Source: an uncultured Veillonellaceae bacterium | GTDB lineage: Bacteria; Bacillota; Negativicutes; JARBTT01 | Direction: 5' to 3' | Assembly: GCA_963805085.1 (NCBI GenBank) | Contig: CAWDTA010000002.1 | Location: 992,001-1,056,000, forward strand | DNA: 64,000 nt | Shown: positions 1-10,238 of the stretch, piece by piece | Position numbering within the stretch: the stretch's first letter is position 1 | Layout: each line of letters starts with the position of its first letter | The notes under the pieces: model-generated | Database searches by the model: none | What the model was told of the DNA's origin: nothing | Seen by the model: only the letters and a program-made list of their open reading frames with translations | Position numbers and translations under genes: made by a program

Positions 1-1
1 C

Positions 2-565
2 CAAAATGTAAATGAAGTAAAGGCTGGTAAGTGGAATAAAGCTTCTGGTGTGGAACTACGAAACAAGACTGTCGGAGTGATTGGTCTGGGAGCAATAGGT
101 AAAGAAGTTTCAAGAATGTCCCAAGGAATTGGTATGAAGGTTATTGGTTATGATCCTTTCGTCAACAAAGAGGAAATGAAAGAAAAATACAATATCGATA
201 TAAAGTCTTTTGAAGAAGTGTTACAGGAAAGTGACTTTGTCACACTACACATGCCTTTGACAGAAGAAAATAAGTATTTAATAAATAAAGCTACGTTGCG
301 ATTAATGAAATCTACAGCCTATTTAATTAATACCGCAAGAGGTGATTTAGTCAATGAAGATGATTTATATGAGGCATTGATAGAAAATATTATCGCAGGA
401 GCTGCTGCGGATGTATTCTCTAACGAGTCGCCGTCAAAAGATGAAAAGTTATTGAAGCTTGATAACTTCATATTATCTTCTCACATTGCTTCATTAACTG
501 TAAATGCAGAACTGAATACCATTAACTTAGCTACTCATAATTTATTGGAAATATTAGAAAAATAG
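2..565 (+). CDS. D-isomer-specific 2-hydroxyacid / phosphoglycerate dehydrogenase family protein, 5'-truncated by the window edge
   Basis: Frame is open from base 2 (QNVNEVKAGKWNKASGVEL...). NAD-binding GLGAIG, LINTARG, AAADVF and catalytic SHIA motifs are present. Confidence 0.9.
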   Translation, partial: QNVNEVKAGKWNKASGVELRNKTVGVIGLGAIGKEVSRMSQGIGMKVIGYDPFVNKEEMKEKYNIDIKSFEEVLQESDFVTLHMPLTEENKYLINKATLRLMKSTAYLINTARGDLVNEDDLYEALIENIIAGAAADVFSNESPSKDEKLLKLDNFILSSHIASLTVNAELNTINLATHNLLEILEK

Positions 566-586
566 CATGAATTTTGGAGGATTGTT

Positions 587-1465
587 ATGGAAGTAAAGGG
601 TATTATTACGGCAATGCTTACTCCTCTTGATGAAAATCAAGAAATTAATAGCAGGTCGACAAAACAGTTGGTTAACAAATTAATTAATTCAGGTGTAAGT
701 GGTATTTTTATTCTTGGCACAAATGGAGAATTTCATTTACTAACTAATGATGAAAAATTGGCCTTCGCAAAGATTGTGATTGATGAAGTAAACAAGCGAG
801 TACCAGTATATGTTGGCACTGGTGGAAATAGTACTAGGGAAGTAATTGAACTGTCAAAGAAGATGGAGGCACTTGGTGCTGATGCCTTATCGGTGATTAC
901 TCCATATTTCTTAGTTCCTTCACAGAGTGAAGTAATTCAGCACTATAAAACAATTGCAGAATCTGTAAAAACCCCAATTGTTTTATATAATATTCCAAAG
1001 AACACTGGGATAAACTTAGATCCTGAGACTGTAAAAGAATTAGCAAAAATAAAAAATATTATAGCGATTAAAGACAGCAGTGGTAATCTTGAAAATATTG
1101 CAGAGTATATTCAAATCACGAAAGATGAAGATTTCTCTGTATTATCAGGATCAGACTCCCTGATTTTGCGTGCTTTAAAAATTGGAGCTACTGGAGCTAT
1201 TGCTGCTACTTCCAACTTAATCACAGAATTGGATGTTTCTATCTATAAAAAATTTTTAAAAGGAGATATAGCAGGGGCTGAAAAAGCTCAACAGGAAATT
1301 GAAATATTACGTACAGTTCTAAAATTGGGAACTGTTCCATCTATTTTGAAGAAGGCCGTTCAGATGTCGGGAATTCCAGTCGGACCCGCTCGATTACCAG
1401 TTGCTCAACCCAAGCAAGAAGTAGTAAAAAAAATCCAAGAAATGCTGGATTGCTATAATTTATAA
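587..1465 (+). CDS. DapA/dihydrodipicolinate synthase-family aldolase
   Basis: GTNGEF, YNIP and IKDSSG (Schiff-base Lys) motifs; GGAGG RBS. A catabolic paralogue is possible given the neighbouring dehydrogenase. Confidence 0.88.
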   Translation: MEVKGIITAMLTPLDENQEINSRSTKQLVNKLINSGVSGIFILGTNGEFHLLTNDEKLAFAKIVIDEVNKRVPVYVGTGGNSTREVIELSKKMEALGADALSVITPYFLVPSQSEVIQHYKTIAESVKTPIVLYNIPKNTGINLDPETVKELAKIKNIIAIKDSSGNLENIAEYIQITKDEDFSVLSGSDSLILRALKIGATGAIAATSNLITELDVSIYKKFLKGDIAGAEKAQQEIEILRTVLKLGTVPSILKKAVQMSGIPVGPARLPVAQPKQEVVKKIQEMLDCYNL

Positions 1466-1505
1466 AGGGCAGTAAAGCACTTGGTTTGGTCAGGCGGATA
1501 AGGGC

Positions 1506-1595
1506 ATGATTGCCTTAACTTATTTTGTTATCAACTATGCAATTTCATGTTACTCGCGCAGAGTACAGCATAAGTTGACTTGTAAAAGTTATTAA
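1506..1595 (+). pseudogene. Probable remnant of the C-terminus of an amino-acid ABC transporter permease
   Basis: My translation, MIALTYFVINYAISCYSRRVQHKLTCKSY*, resembles the last TM helix (YFxINYxxSxxxRR) of HisM/GlnP-type permeases. A terminator follows. Confidence 0.5.
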
Positions 1596-1604
1596 GACTA
1601 AACT

Positions 1605-1658
1605 AAAAACGTCGTTGGAATTCTTTTCGAGAGAATTTCGTCGGCGTTTTTGTTTTTT
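1605..1658 (+). terminator. Intrinsic terminator
   Basis: aaaacgtcg..gaattct / agaattt..cggcgtttt stem followed by a T-run. Confidence 0.65.
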
Positions 1659-1777
1659 GACGGAGCTTTTTGCAGGAAGTTTATTTTTAATAGGGAAAGG
1701 TAATAAAAATATAAGTAAATATTTAAGAAAATTGAGAAAAATAGTGCATGATCTGTTGAATAAAGGGGGTATTTATT

Positions 1778-2428
1778 GTGAAGTATTTGGGAATTATATT
1801 TGATCTTGATGGGACACTGCTAGATACGATTGAGGATTTAGCAAACTCAATGAATTGTGTCTTGCAAAAGCGAGGTTTTCCTCAACATACGATTGAAGAA
1901 TATAAAACTTTTGTTGGCAATGGGATGGAAAAGTTGGTGGAAAGAGCATTGCCATCCGAGAGTAGGGATAAAAAAATAGTAGAGCTGTGTTTAGCCCAGT
2001 TGCATAAAGAATATGGATGTAGGTGGGATGAGCGAACAAAACCCTATCAAGGAGTAAATGAATTGCTCGATAAACTCGCGGTTCTCGGTGTGAAGATGTC
2101 GATCCTTTCGAATAAGCCCGATCTATTTACCAAGCAAATGGTTGATAAATTTTTTGGCTTAAAACGTTTTCAGCTTGTTTTTGGTGCGAGAGAAGATGTA
2201 GCAAAAAAACCAGACCCCGTTGCCGCCTTGGAAATAGTGAAGCTGTCAAAAATTGCGGCAGAAAAATATCTTTATCTTGGTGATTCAGGGGTGGATATGA
2301 AGACCGCTAATGCAGCAGGAATATATGCGGTTGGTGCTACATGGGGGTTTAGAAAGGCTGATGAGCTCATGGAAAATGGCGGAAAAATCCTTATCGATAA
2401 CCCATTGGAGATCATTAAGCTAATTTAA
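1778..2428 (+). CDS. HAD-family hydrolase (phosphoglycolate phosphatase-like)
   Basis: FDLDGTL motif I, SNK motif II, KPDP and GDS..D motifs. Confidence 0.9.
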   Translation: MKYLGIIFDLDGTLLDTIEDLANSMNCVLQKRGFPQHTIEEYKTFVGNGMEKLVERALPSESRDKKIVELCLAQLHKEYGCRWDERTKPYQGVNELLDKLAVLGVKMSILSNKPDLFTKQMVDKFFGLKRFQLVFGAREDVAKKPDPVAALEIVKLSKIAAEKYLYLGDSGVDMKTANAAGIYAVGATWGFRKADELMENGGKILIDNPLEIIKLI

Positions 2429-2595
2429 TGGCAATCAATGATTTAATAGTACGTATGTGCAATTAAAATAGTGGCAACAACTAATATGACAAAATGCAAT
2501 TTTCATTTAGTTGATAAGCTTTATAAGATGAATTATAGTTATAGCTGTAAAGATTAATTAAATTTTGTCAACAAGAATAAAATAAAGGGAGGTAA

Positions 2596-4008
2596 ATGAA
2601 AGTGCAGAAATCTTCAATTACTCAAACGGAAACGGCAGGAGCACGCGTTGCTGTTCAAAAGTTTGGCAGATTCTTAAGTGGGATGGTAATGCCAAACATT
2701 GCTGCTTTTATTGCATGGGGTTTTATTACGGCATTATTCATTCCAACAGGTTGGTTACCAAATGAGGAGTTAGCTAAATTAGTCGGTCCGATGATTCAGT
2801 TTCTTTTACCATTACTAATCGCTTATACTGGCGGTAAAATGGTTTATGATGTTAGAGGTGGGGTTGTTGCAGCTGTTGCAACCATGGGAATTATTGTTGG
2901 TGCACCACAGCCAATGTTTTTAGGAGCAATGGTAATGGGGCCGTTGGCTGGCTGGGCAATGAAGAAAGTGGATAAGTTATTTGAAGGAAATATTCCGGCT
3001 GGTTTTGAAATGCTGGTTAACAATTTTTCAGCTGGTATTCTTGGAGCAATTCTAGCAATTTTGGCATTTATGGGTATCAGCCCAATCATGCTAGGAATAA
3101 CAAAGGCATTGGTCGCTGCTGTAGATGTAGTTGTTGCTGCCGGAGTATTACCACTCGCAAATCTATTTATTGAACCTGCGAAGATTTTATTCTTAAACAA
3201 TGCGATCAATCATGGTATTTTAAGTCCAATAGGTATGGATCAAGCAGCGAAAGCAGGAAGCTCAATTATTTTCTTACTTGAACCAAATCCAGGTCCTGGT
3301 TTAGGTGTGTTATTGGCATACTATTTAGTTGGTAAAGGTAATGCTCGCCAATCTGCACCAGGCGCTATGATTATTCATTTCCTTGGTGGTATTCATGAAA
3401 TTTATTTCCCTTATGTTCTTATGAATCCTCGCTTGCTATTAGCGGTTATGGGCGGTGGTGTTGCAGGAACATTAACATTCCAAGTGTTAGGAGCAAGTTT
3501 AGTTGCTGTACCAGCACCAGGTAGTATTTTTGCTCTAATTGCAATGGCACCAAAAGGCGGGCTCGTAGCAGTCTTGGCTGGGGTTGCAGTTGCGACTATT
3601 GTATCTTTCCTTATCGCGTCTGCACTATTAAAAATGGGTGGACAAACGGACGATGAAGGTTTAGAAGCAGCAAGTGCTAAAATGCAGGAATTAAAAGGAA
3701 CAAAAGCAGCTGTTGCAACTAAAACGGCAACTAAACATGTAAGTAAAGTTGTATTTGCTTGCGATGCGGGAATGGGATCTAGTGCTATGGGAGCTTCTGT
3801 TTTACGCAAAAAATTTAAAGATGCCGGACTAGATATTACAGTTATCAATACGGCAATCAATGAAATACCTACTGATGCAGATATTGTGGTTACGCAGAAA
3901 ACGTTAACTGAACGTGCTAAGGATAGAGTTCCCGAAGCTGAGCATATTTCAATTGAGAATTTTTTAAATAGTCCAGAATATGAAGCGTTAGTTAAACGAT
4001 TATCATAA
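2596..4008 (+). CDS. mtlA: PTS mannitol transporter EIICB
   Basis: FGRFLSGMVMPNIAAFIAWG start, GGIHEIYFPY, and EIIB ACDAGMGSSAMG. Confidence 0.97.
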   Translation: MKVQKSSITQTETAGARVAVQKFGRFLSGMVMPNIAAFIAWGFITALFIPTGWLPNEELAKLVGPMIQFLLPLLIAYTGGKMVYDVRGGVVAAVATMGIIVGAPQPMFLGAMVMGPLAGWAMKKVDKLFEGNIPAGFEMLVNNFSAGILGAILAILAFMGISPIMLGITKALVAAVDVVVAAGVLPLANLFIEPAKILFLNNAINHGILSPIGMDQAAKAGSSIIFLLEPNPGPGLGVLLAYYLVGKGNARQSAPGAMIIHFLGGIHEIYFPYVLMNPRLLLAVMGGGVAGTLTFQVLGASLVAVPAPGSIFALIAMAPKGGLVAVLAGVAVATIVSFLIASALLKMGGQTDDEGLEAASAKMQELKGTKAAVATKTATKHVSKVVFACDAGMGSSAMGASVLRKKFKDAGLDITVINTAINEIPTDADIVVTQKTLTERAKDRVPEAEHISIENFLNSPEYEALVKRLS

Positions 4009-4015
4009 TAAAAAA

Positions 4016-4052
4016 TCACGCTAGTTAGCTTAACTAGCGTGAACTCTTTTTA
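4016..4052 (+). terminator. Hairpin/terminator between mtlA and mtlR
   Basis: Perfect 12-bp stem tcacgctagtta/taactagcgtga, then a T-rich tail. Confidence 0.7.
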
Positions 4053-4065
4053 TTTGTAAGGGGTT

Positions 4066-6177
4066 ATGGTTATGAGTGTGAGTTCGAGACAACGCGCGAT
4101 TTTGAATATTTTATTGACCGAAACACAGGCAATAACCATAAAAGATGTTGCTGATCGTGTTGAGGTAAGCACCCGGACTGTGCATCGTGAACTGAATGAT
4201 ATTGAACCTTTGCTGGAAGAATATCAGTTAGAGCTTATTAAGAAATCCGGCATCGGTGTTGTAATCGATGGCGATGAAGAACTAAAAGAAGAGCTACGGT
4301 TATCTTTATTTAATCAGACGAGTGTTGAATATTTGCCAGAAGAAAGAAAGTTATTGATTCTCTGCCAGCTACTAGAAGCTACCGAGCCGATAAAATTAAT
4401 CGCTTTGGCTTATAATCTAAAAGTGACAACAGCAACTATTAGTTACGATTTGGATGAAATCGAAAATTGGTTAAATAGATACGGGTTAACATTAGTTCGC
4501 AGGCGTGGCTATGGCGTTGAATTATGTGGATCAGAGTCATCCAAACGCAAGGTGATGAGCGCTCTTATTGCTGAACATTTAGATGAATTCGAGCTTTTAG
4601 GCGTTCTTAAAGAAAATATCCATAGTAAATCAACAAAAAATATCAATACTGTTTCAGAGCGATTATTAAATCTAATCGAAAAAGAAAAGTTGATTATGAT
4701 TGAAGATTCTTTGCGAAATTTAGAGCAAGAGCTTCCCTATCCTTTAGCTGATAGTTCGTTTATCGGGCTAGTGATTCATTTGGCACTCGCGATTGAGCGC
4801 ATTGAAAAAGGCGAAGAGATTCTTTTTGATGAAGATCATCTGAAGGAAATAAGAGGAACGCCAGAATTTCAAGTAGCCGAAGTTATTATTCAAAGATTAC
4901 GCAGTATTTTTCAAATGGATATCCCTGATTCGGAAATTGGTTATATTACTATGCATTTACGAGGGGCAAAACTAAGAAATTCTTATGATGATTGGTTTGA
5001 ATTTAAAAATTTAGAGTTAACGACTAAAGTACACAAAATGATTTGTTATTGTGAAGACAAGTTAGGTGTTTCTTTCCATGAGGATGCTACCTTGATACAA
5101 GGACTCCTCACCCATATTGAACCAGCATTGTTTCGTATTAAAAAAAATATGAATATCCGTAATCCACTGTTAGAGGAGATAAAAGCTCGGTATAGCAACT
5201 TATTTCAGGTACTAAAAGAAGCTGTAGAAGAGATCTTTTCGGATTTAACGGTTCCAGATGCAGAGGTCGGTTATTTGGTAATGCATATCGGGGCATCATT
5301 AGAACGCATGGGACAATCAAATCAGCAGCAATATCGGGCACTGGTTGTTTGTTCTAGTGGAATCGGATCATCGAAAATACTATCAAGTCGAATTGAAAAA
5401 GAACTACCATATATTGCTTTGGCTAAGAATATTTCGTTGTTTGACATTGATAAGGTACCGAAACACGACTATGATTTTATTATCTCGACGGTACCTTTGT
5501 CATTAGCAAAAAAAGAGTATGTTTTAGTAACGCCGTTGTTAACGAAAGAGGATATTCACAATATTAATATTTTTCTTAGGGATATTACGTATCCTCAGCA
5601 AACAAAAGCTTCGGAACCATTAAACAGCGATTATTTGCTAAGTGAGTTAAAGGATTGGCAAACTTATATTGCCCATAGCCTTTCTATTATTGAAAATTTT
5701 CGTTTTGATACAATGCAGAATCTAAACATGAATATAGAAGACATGATTGACCGAATCTGTGGGCAATTGGAGCAGGACCAAATCATAGATGATAAAAAGA
5801 AAGTGGTTGAAAAATTAATGGAACGACAACGATTAGGCGGGCTTGGGATACCCAATGCGCAAGTGGCGTTGTTTCATAGTAAAACCGAGGCAATCATAAT
5901 GCCTTTTGTCCGACTATATTATTTAGATACGCCTATCTCAATAAAAGCAATGGATGAAAAATATATCGATGTAGATAAAATTTTGGTATTGTTGGCGCCT
6001 ACTACCATAAAAAAAGAGGGGCTAGAGGTACTAAGTGAGATTAGTTCACTGTTAATTGAAGAAGAGTTTGTTGAAATCCTGGCATTGAGAGATCATCAGC
6101 GAATTACTTCGTTCTTTGTCACACACCTATATAAATATATTTTAGCAAAGATAAAAAAAGGAGATCATTATGAGTAA
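4066..6177 (+). CDS. mtlR: Mannitol operon PRD-containing transcriptional activator (HTH-Mga-PRD-PRD-EIIB-EIIA)
   Basis: N-terminal HTH, PRD His motifs (VIHLALA, TMHLRGA, LTHIEP, VMHIGA), EIIB VCSSGIGSS; operon context. Confidence 0.93.
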   Translation: MVMSVSSRQRAILNILLTETQAITIKDVADRVEVSTRTVHRELNDIEPLLEEYQLELIKKSGIGVVIDGDEELKEELRLSLFNQTSVEYLPEERKLLILCQLLEATEPIKLIALAYNLKVTTATISYDLDEIENWLNRYGLTLVRRRGYGVELCGSESSKRKVMSALIAEHLDEFELLGVLKENIHSKSTKNINTVSERLLNLIEKEKLIMIEDSLRNLEQELPYPLADSSFIGLVIHLALAIERIEKGEEILFDEDHLKEIRGTPEFQVAEVIIQRLRSIFQMDIPDSEIGYITMHLRGAKLRNSYDDWFEFKNLELTTKVHKMICYCEDKLGVSFHEDATLIQGLLTHIEPALFRIKKNMNIRNPLLEEIKARYSNLFQVLKEAVEEIFSDLTVPDAEVGYLVMHIGASLERMGQSNQQQYRALVVCSSGIGSSKILSSRIEKELPYIALAKNISLFDIDKVPKHDYDFIISTVPLSLAKKEYVLVTPLLTKEDIHNINIFLRDITYPQQTKASEPLNSDYLLSELKDWQTYIAHSLSIIENFRFDTMQNLNMNIEDMIDRICGQLEQDQIIDDKKKVVEKLMERQRLGGLGIPNAQVALFHSKTEAIIMPFVRLYYLDTPISIKAMDEKYIDVDKILVLLAPTTIKKEGLEVLSEISSLLIEEEFVEILALRDHQRITSFFVTHLYKYILAKIKKGDHYE

Positions 6178-6607
6178 TGTTGTAATAGCGAAAGAGCAAA
6201 TTAAGTTAAATGCTAATATTGGTGATAAACGGGAGGCGATAGCGTTAGCTGGAACCCTTCTTGTCGATGGACAGCATGTAACAAAAGATTATATTGATAA
6301 AATGTATGAACGCGAAGAATTGTCGACAACGTACATTGGCAATGGAGTAGCGATCCCGCATGGAACAAATGAATCTAAACCGTTTATTAAGTCTTCAGGA
6401 ATTTCTATTGTACAAGTGCCTAGCGGAGTAGATTTTGGCAGTGGTAATATAGCATACCTTATTATTGGTATTGCTGGAATCGGTGATGAGCATCTAGAGA
6501 TTTTGTCAAATATTGCAATCGTATGTGCTGAAGAAGAAAATGTTAAAAATCTCGTTCGGGCAACTACAAAAGAAGAAATTATCGAAATTCTTGAAGGGGG
6601 TCTATAA
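6170..6607 (+). CDS. mtlF: PTS mannitol EIIA
   Basis: STTYIGNGVAIPHGT phospho-His motif. Confidence 0.95.
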   Translation: MSNVVIAKEQIKLNANIGDKREAIALAGTLLVDGQHVTKDYIDKMYEREELSTTYIGNGVAIPHGTNESKPFIKSSGISIVQVPSGVDFGSGNIAYLIIGIAGIGDEHLEILSNIAIVCAEEENVKNLVRATTKEEIIEILEGGL

Positions 6608-6608
6608 T

Positions 6609-7757
6609 ATGTTAGCAGTTCATTTTGGCGCTGGTAATATTGGCCGTGGTTTTATTGGGCAATTATTATATCAAGCAGGCTATGAAGTTTGTTTTGTAGA
6701 TGTGAGTAAAGAACTGGTTGAAGAAATTAATAATCGAAAAGAATATATGGTGATGCTTGCTGCTGAAGAGAAGACGGCTTTTACCGTAAAAAATGTAAGC
6801 GCCATTGATGGGAAAGATGTAGCAGCAGTTATTCAAGCGATAGCGCAGGCTGACCTTGTTACGACGGCGATTGGTCCAAATATTCTTAAGTTTGTTGCCC
6901 CTGTCATTGCCAAAGGAATTTCTCTCAGATTGAAGCAAACTGGCAAAGAGCTGAATGTGATTGCTTGTGAAAACATGATCGGTGGTAGCTCGGCACTTAA
7001 ATCATTTGTGTATGCTTCGTTTGGTGAACAGGATAAAAAGCAAGCCACAGAAAAGATTGGCTTCCCCGATGCTGCTGTTGATCGTATTGTTCCTTTACAG
7101 AAAAATGAGGATAAACTGCTGGTAACAGTAGAGCCATTTTATGAATGGGTTGTAAATAAGTCACAAATTATTGGCAAAGTTCCAGCTATTGAGGGCGTTA
7201 CGTATGTTGATAATCTAGAGCCATTCATTGAGCGTAAGTTGTTTACTGTCAATACTGGGCATGCAACAGTCGCATATCTTGGTTATCTCAATGGATTTGA
7301 AAGTATTGAGAAAGCGATTCAAGATGACCATATTTTAACGGTAACGGAAAAAACATTGCATGAGACTGGTGCTCTTATGGTAGCAAAATATGATTTCGAT
7401 AAAGACCAGCATGAAGCCTATATTCAAAAGATTATAAAAAGGTTCAAAAATCCTTATATTTCGGATGAAGTTACTCGCGTAGGTCGTTCGCCAATCCGTA
7501 AATTATCAGCGAATGATCGTTTAGTGAGTCCAGCTATGCAAGCTATGAATCACAATATTGAGTTGACTGGTTTGCCAACCGTTATTGCTGCAGCATTATT
7601 GTTTGACTGTAAGCAAGATCCAGATGCTGTAGAGATTCAAAAATCTATAAGTGAAAGTGGTTTAGAAAAAACGATAGAACAATATACAGGCATTGCTACG
7701 GGGAATCCACTATTTAAATTGATTGTTGAGAACTATCAGCATTTGAGCAAAAAGTAA
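6609..7757 (+). CDS. mtlD: Mannitol-1-phosphate 5-dehydrogenase
   Basis: MLAVHFGAGNIGRGF start (ATG 6609, shorter than the ORF track), ACEN, VDRIVP, ERKLFTVNTGH. Confidence 0.96.
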   Translation: MLAVHFGAGNIGRGFIGQLLYQAGYEVCFVDVSKELVEEINNRKEYMVMLAAEEKTAFTVKNVSAIDGKDVAAVIQAIAQADLVTTAIGPNILKFVAPVIAKGISLRLKQTGKELNVIACENMIGGSSALKSFVYASFGEQDKKQATEKIGFPDAAVDRIVPLQKNEDKLLVTVEPFYEWVVNKSQIIGKVPAIEGVTYVDNLEPFIERKLFTVNTGHATVAYLGYLNGFESIEKAIQDDHILTVTEKTLHETGALMVAKYDFDKDQHEAYIQKIIKRFKNPYISDEVTRVGRSPIRKLSANDRLVSPAMQAMNHNIELTGLPTVIAAALLFDCKQDPDAVEIQKSISESGLEKTIEQYTGIATGNPLFKLIVENYQHLSKK

Positions 7758-7791
7758 AATAATTGTCCGTTAGGGGAAAATAATATAATTG

Positions 7792-7842
7792 AAATTAGGA
7801 AAAGTTTTCACAAAAAATGTGAAAGCTTTTCCTAATTTTTTT
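7792..7842 (+). terminator. Intrinsic terminator of the mtl operon
   Basis: aattaggaaaag..tcaca / tgtga..cttttcctaatt stem plus T-run. Confidence 0.8.
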
Positions 7843-7913
7843 AGTTAAATAAAATAGGGGCAAATTGGACGATTTGACTAAGATAATAAAGCATTGTTTT
7901 CATATATGTTTTA

Positions 7914-7942
7914 TTGACTTAAGCCTTTATCCATGTTATAGT
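7914..7942 (+). promoter_or_regulatory. sigmaA-type promoter for the symporter gene
   Basis: TTGACT-N17-TATAGT. Confidence 0.5.
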
Positions 7943-8102
7943 TTTGAATGTAAAAAGAAGGAATTGATTTGATATTATCGTGAATTGTTTTTAGTATCAA
8001 CTAAGTTTATTTAAAAAATTTTGTTGTGATAAATAGAACGATTCGTAAAATGTAGAATCAATCATTTAGTTTAAAATATTTTAAGGAGGCGTTATTTTTT
8101 TT

Positions 8103-9443
8103 ATGGTAGCTACAGTTATTATTAATATTTTTCTTCTTTTAGTGTTGTTTTATGGATTATATGCTATGCAAAAAAAACAGGTTGATTTTGGTAAGCGTGT
8201 TATCACCGGCTTAGCTGCAGGCGTAGTGTTTGGAGTCGGGCTACATTGGATTTTTGGCGAGGCATCGTCGATCGTGAAAGAGACCAATAGTTGGTTTGAT
8301 ATTGTCGGTTCGGGGTATGTAAGACTTTTGAAACTGATCGTTGTTCCGCTTGTTTTCGTATCGATTACTTCATCGATTATTCAGATTAAAGATTTAAAAA
8401 CTTTTAGAAAAACTGGTGTATTGGTTATTGGTATTTTATTGTTTACGACGGCAATTGCGGCTTCTATTGGGGCAGCTTCTGCGATTGGGTTCCATTTATC
8501 CGCTGAGGGAATAGTAGCAGGTGATGCAGAATTGGGTGCAGCAAAGAAAATGGAAACAAAACTTGATAGTTTTCAAGCGAAACCAATTCAGCAACAGTTG
8601 ATCGAAATCATTCCGACCAATATTTTTCAATCTATGACAGGGCAAGGCAGTGCAGATACTTTATCGGTAGTATTTATTGCGGCATTACTGGGTATAAGCA
8701 TTTTAAAAATTAGACAGTATAAACCGGAAACGGCGGAGTTTCTGACCAAAGGAATTCAAGCATTACAAGATATCGTGATGCAAGTGGTTGATTTTGTGCT
8801 TATGCTTACGCCGTATGGAGTGCTTGTGCTGATTACGAAATTTATTTCTACAAGCAATATTGATGAAATATTGAAATTGGTACAATTTGTGTTAGCTTCT
8901 TATGTAGCACTCATTCTTATGTTCGGTGTACATTTACTTCTACTAGTGCTGATACGCTTTAATCCTGTTCAATATGTGAAAAATTCGTTTGCTGTTTTGG
9001 CGTTTGCATTTACTTCACGGACAAGTGCGGGAACATTACCACTTACTGTAGATGCACTTGTCAATAAATTGAGCGTTTCACAGGGCGTTGCGAATTTATC
9101 AGCTTCGTTTGGGGTAAGTATCGGGCAGAATGGTTGTGCAGGGATTTATCCAGCGATGCTGGCGGTTATGATTGCGCCGACGGCAGGAATTGATCCGTTA
9201 ACACCAATGTTTTTAATCAAATTAGTTGTTGTCGTAGCTTTAGGCTCTTTTGGAATTGCTGGAGTAGGTGGCGGAGCAACCTTTGCAGCGTTGGTTGTAC
9301 TTTCTACCATGGGCTTACCAGTAGGCCTTGTTGGACTATTGATTGCAATTGAGCCACTCATTGATATGGGGAGAACTGCATTAAATGTCAGTGGGGCAAT
9401 GACGACTGCGATCGTTGCCGAAAAAATATCTGGTGCTAAATAA
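8103..9443 (+). CDS. tcyP: Dicarboxylate/amino acid:cation symporter, L-cystine transporter TcyP-like
   Basis: FAFTSRTSAGTLP, SIGQNGCAGIYPAMLA and IEPLIDMGRTALNV motifs typical of TcyP/YdjN. Confidence 0.82.
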   Translation: MVATVIINIFLLLVLFYGLYAMQKKQVDFGKRVITGLAAGVVFGVGLHWIFGEASSIVKETNSWFDIVGSGYVRLLKLIVVPLVFVSITSSIIQIKDLKTFRKTGVLVIGILLFTTAIAASIGAASAIGFHLSAEGIVAGDAELGAAKKMETKLDSFQAKPIQQQLIEIIPTNIFQSMTGQGSADTLSVVFIAALLGISILKIRQYKPETAEFLTKGIQALQDIVMQVVDFVLMLTPYGVLVLITKFISTSNIDEILKLVQFVLASYVALILMFGVHLLLLVLIRFNPVQYVKNSFAVLAFAFTSRTSAGTLPLTVDALVNKLSVSQGVANLSASFGVSIGQNGCAGIYPAMLAVMIAPTAGIDPLTPMFLIKLVVVVALGSFGIAGVGGGATFAALVVLSTMGLPVGLVGLLIAIEPLIDMGRTALNVSGAMTTAIVAEKISGAK

Positions 9444-9469
9444 AGTAAGATAAAGTATTGTTTAAAACA

Positions 9470-9516
9470 AAAAGGCAAAGTGTGTATTCAGTTTACACGC
9501 TTTGCCTTTTATTTTT
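9470..9516 (+). terminator. Intrinsic terminator (possibly bidirectional)
   Basis: aaaaggcaaagtgtgta / tacacgctttgcctttt. Confidence 0.75.
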
Positions 9517-9638
9517 ATTTTAACGAAATGTAAATGTGTATTTCGGCATTGTTCATATCTAAGCCACTCTGATATAACATTGGTATTTTACAACTGCTTT
9601 GTCATATTAGAAATACAAAAAGTCTCAGTTATATTTAA

Positions 9639-10238
9639 TTAAGATTTACCTCTCTTATTATGCTTCATCCACAGTATCCCTATGAATACTAAACCAACTA
9701 CGATTACCAATGCTGCATTGTGCCCTACAGTTTCAAGCTTGTGCCAGTTTTCACCAAGCAGCATGCCTGCATAGATTATAGCAACTGTCCAAGGAATTGA
9801 CCCCAAAATAGTGTAGAGGATGAACTTCTTAAAATCTACTTGAGCAAATCCTGCTGGTAATGAAATAAAAGTACGCACAACTGGCAGAAAACGGCTATAG
9901 AAAGTAGCCTTTAACCCGTAACGGTCAAACCAATTTTGGGCAATATCAACATGATTTTGCGACAGTAATACATACTTACCATATTTATGGATAAAAGGCC
10001 TGCCTCCATAATATCCTATTGCATAAGCAATGATCGATCCCAACAAACCGCCGATCACACCAGCAGCAACTGCAAAATTCATATCCATTCGTCCGACGAA
10101 AACCAAATATCCAGCGAATCCAAATATTAATTCACTCGGAATAGGCAGACAGGCATTCTCCATTGCCATCAAGACAACAATAGCGATATATCCCCAGGTA
10201 TCAATAAAGTTAAGAAAACCTTGATAAAACTGCTCTAT
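9639..10238 (-). CDS. DedA family membrane protein
   Basis: ENACLPIPSELI, SRFLPVVRTFISLPAG motifs. Start placed at the ATA 8 nt after AGGAGG; it is uncertain (ORF track start 10307). Confidence 0.88.
   Translation of the reverse strand: MEQFYQGFLNFIDTWGYIAIVVLMAMENACLPIPSELIFGFAGYLVFVGRMDMNFAVAAGVIGGLLGSIIAYAIGYYGGRPFIHKYGKYVLLSQNHVDIAQNWFDRYGLKATFYSRFLPVVRTFISLPAGFAQVDFKKFILYTILGSIPWTVAIIYAGMLLGENWHKLETVGHNAALVIVVGLVFIGILWMKHNKRGKS

Noticed and set aside
1615-1803. 62-aa ORF upstream of the HAD gene
   Set aside because: It begins inside a terminator and spans promoter-like AT-rich sequence; no RBS.
2472-2492. Possible MtlR operator (tggcaac...atgacaa) upstream of mtlA
   Set aside because: Only a partial match to the Bacillus MtlR inverted repeat; too degenerate to call.
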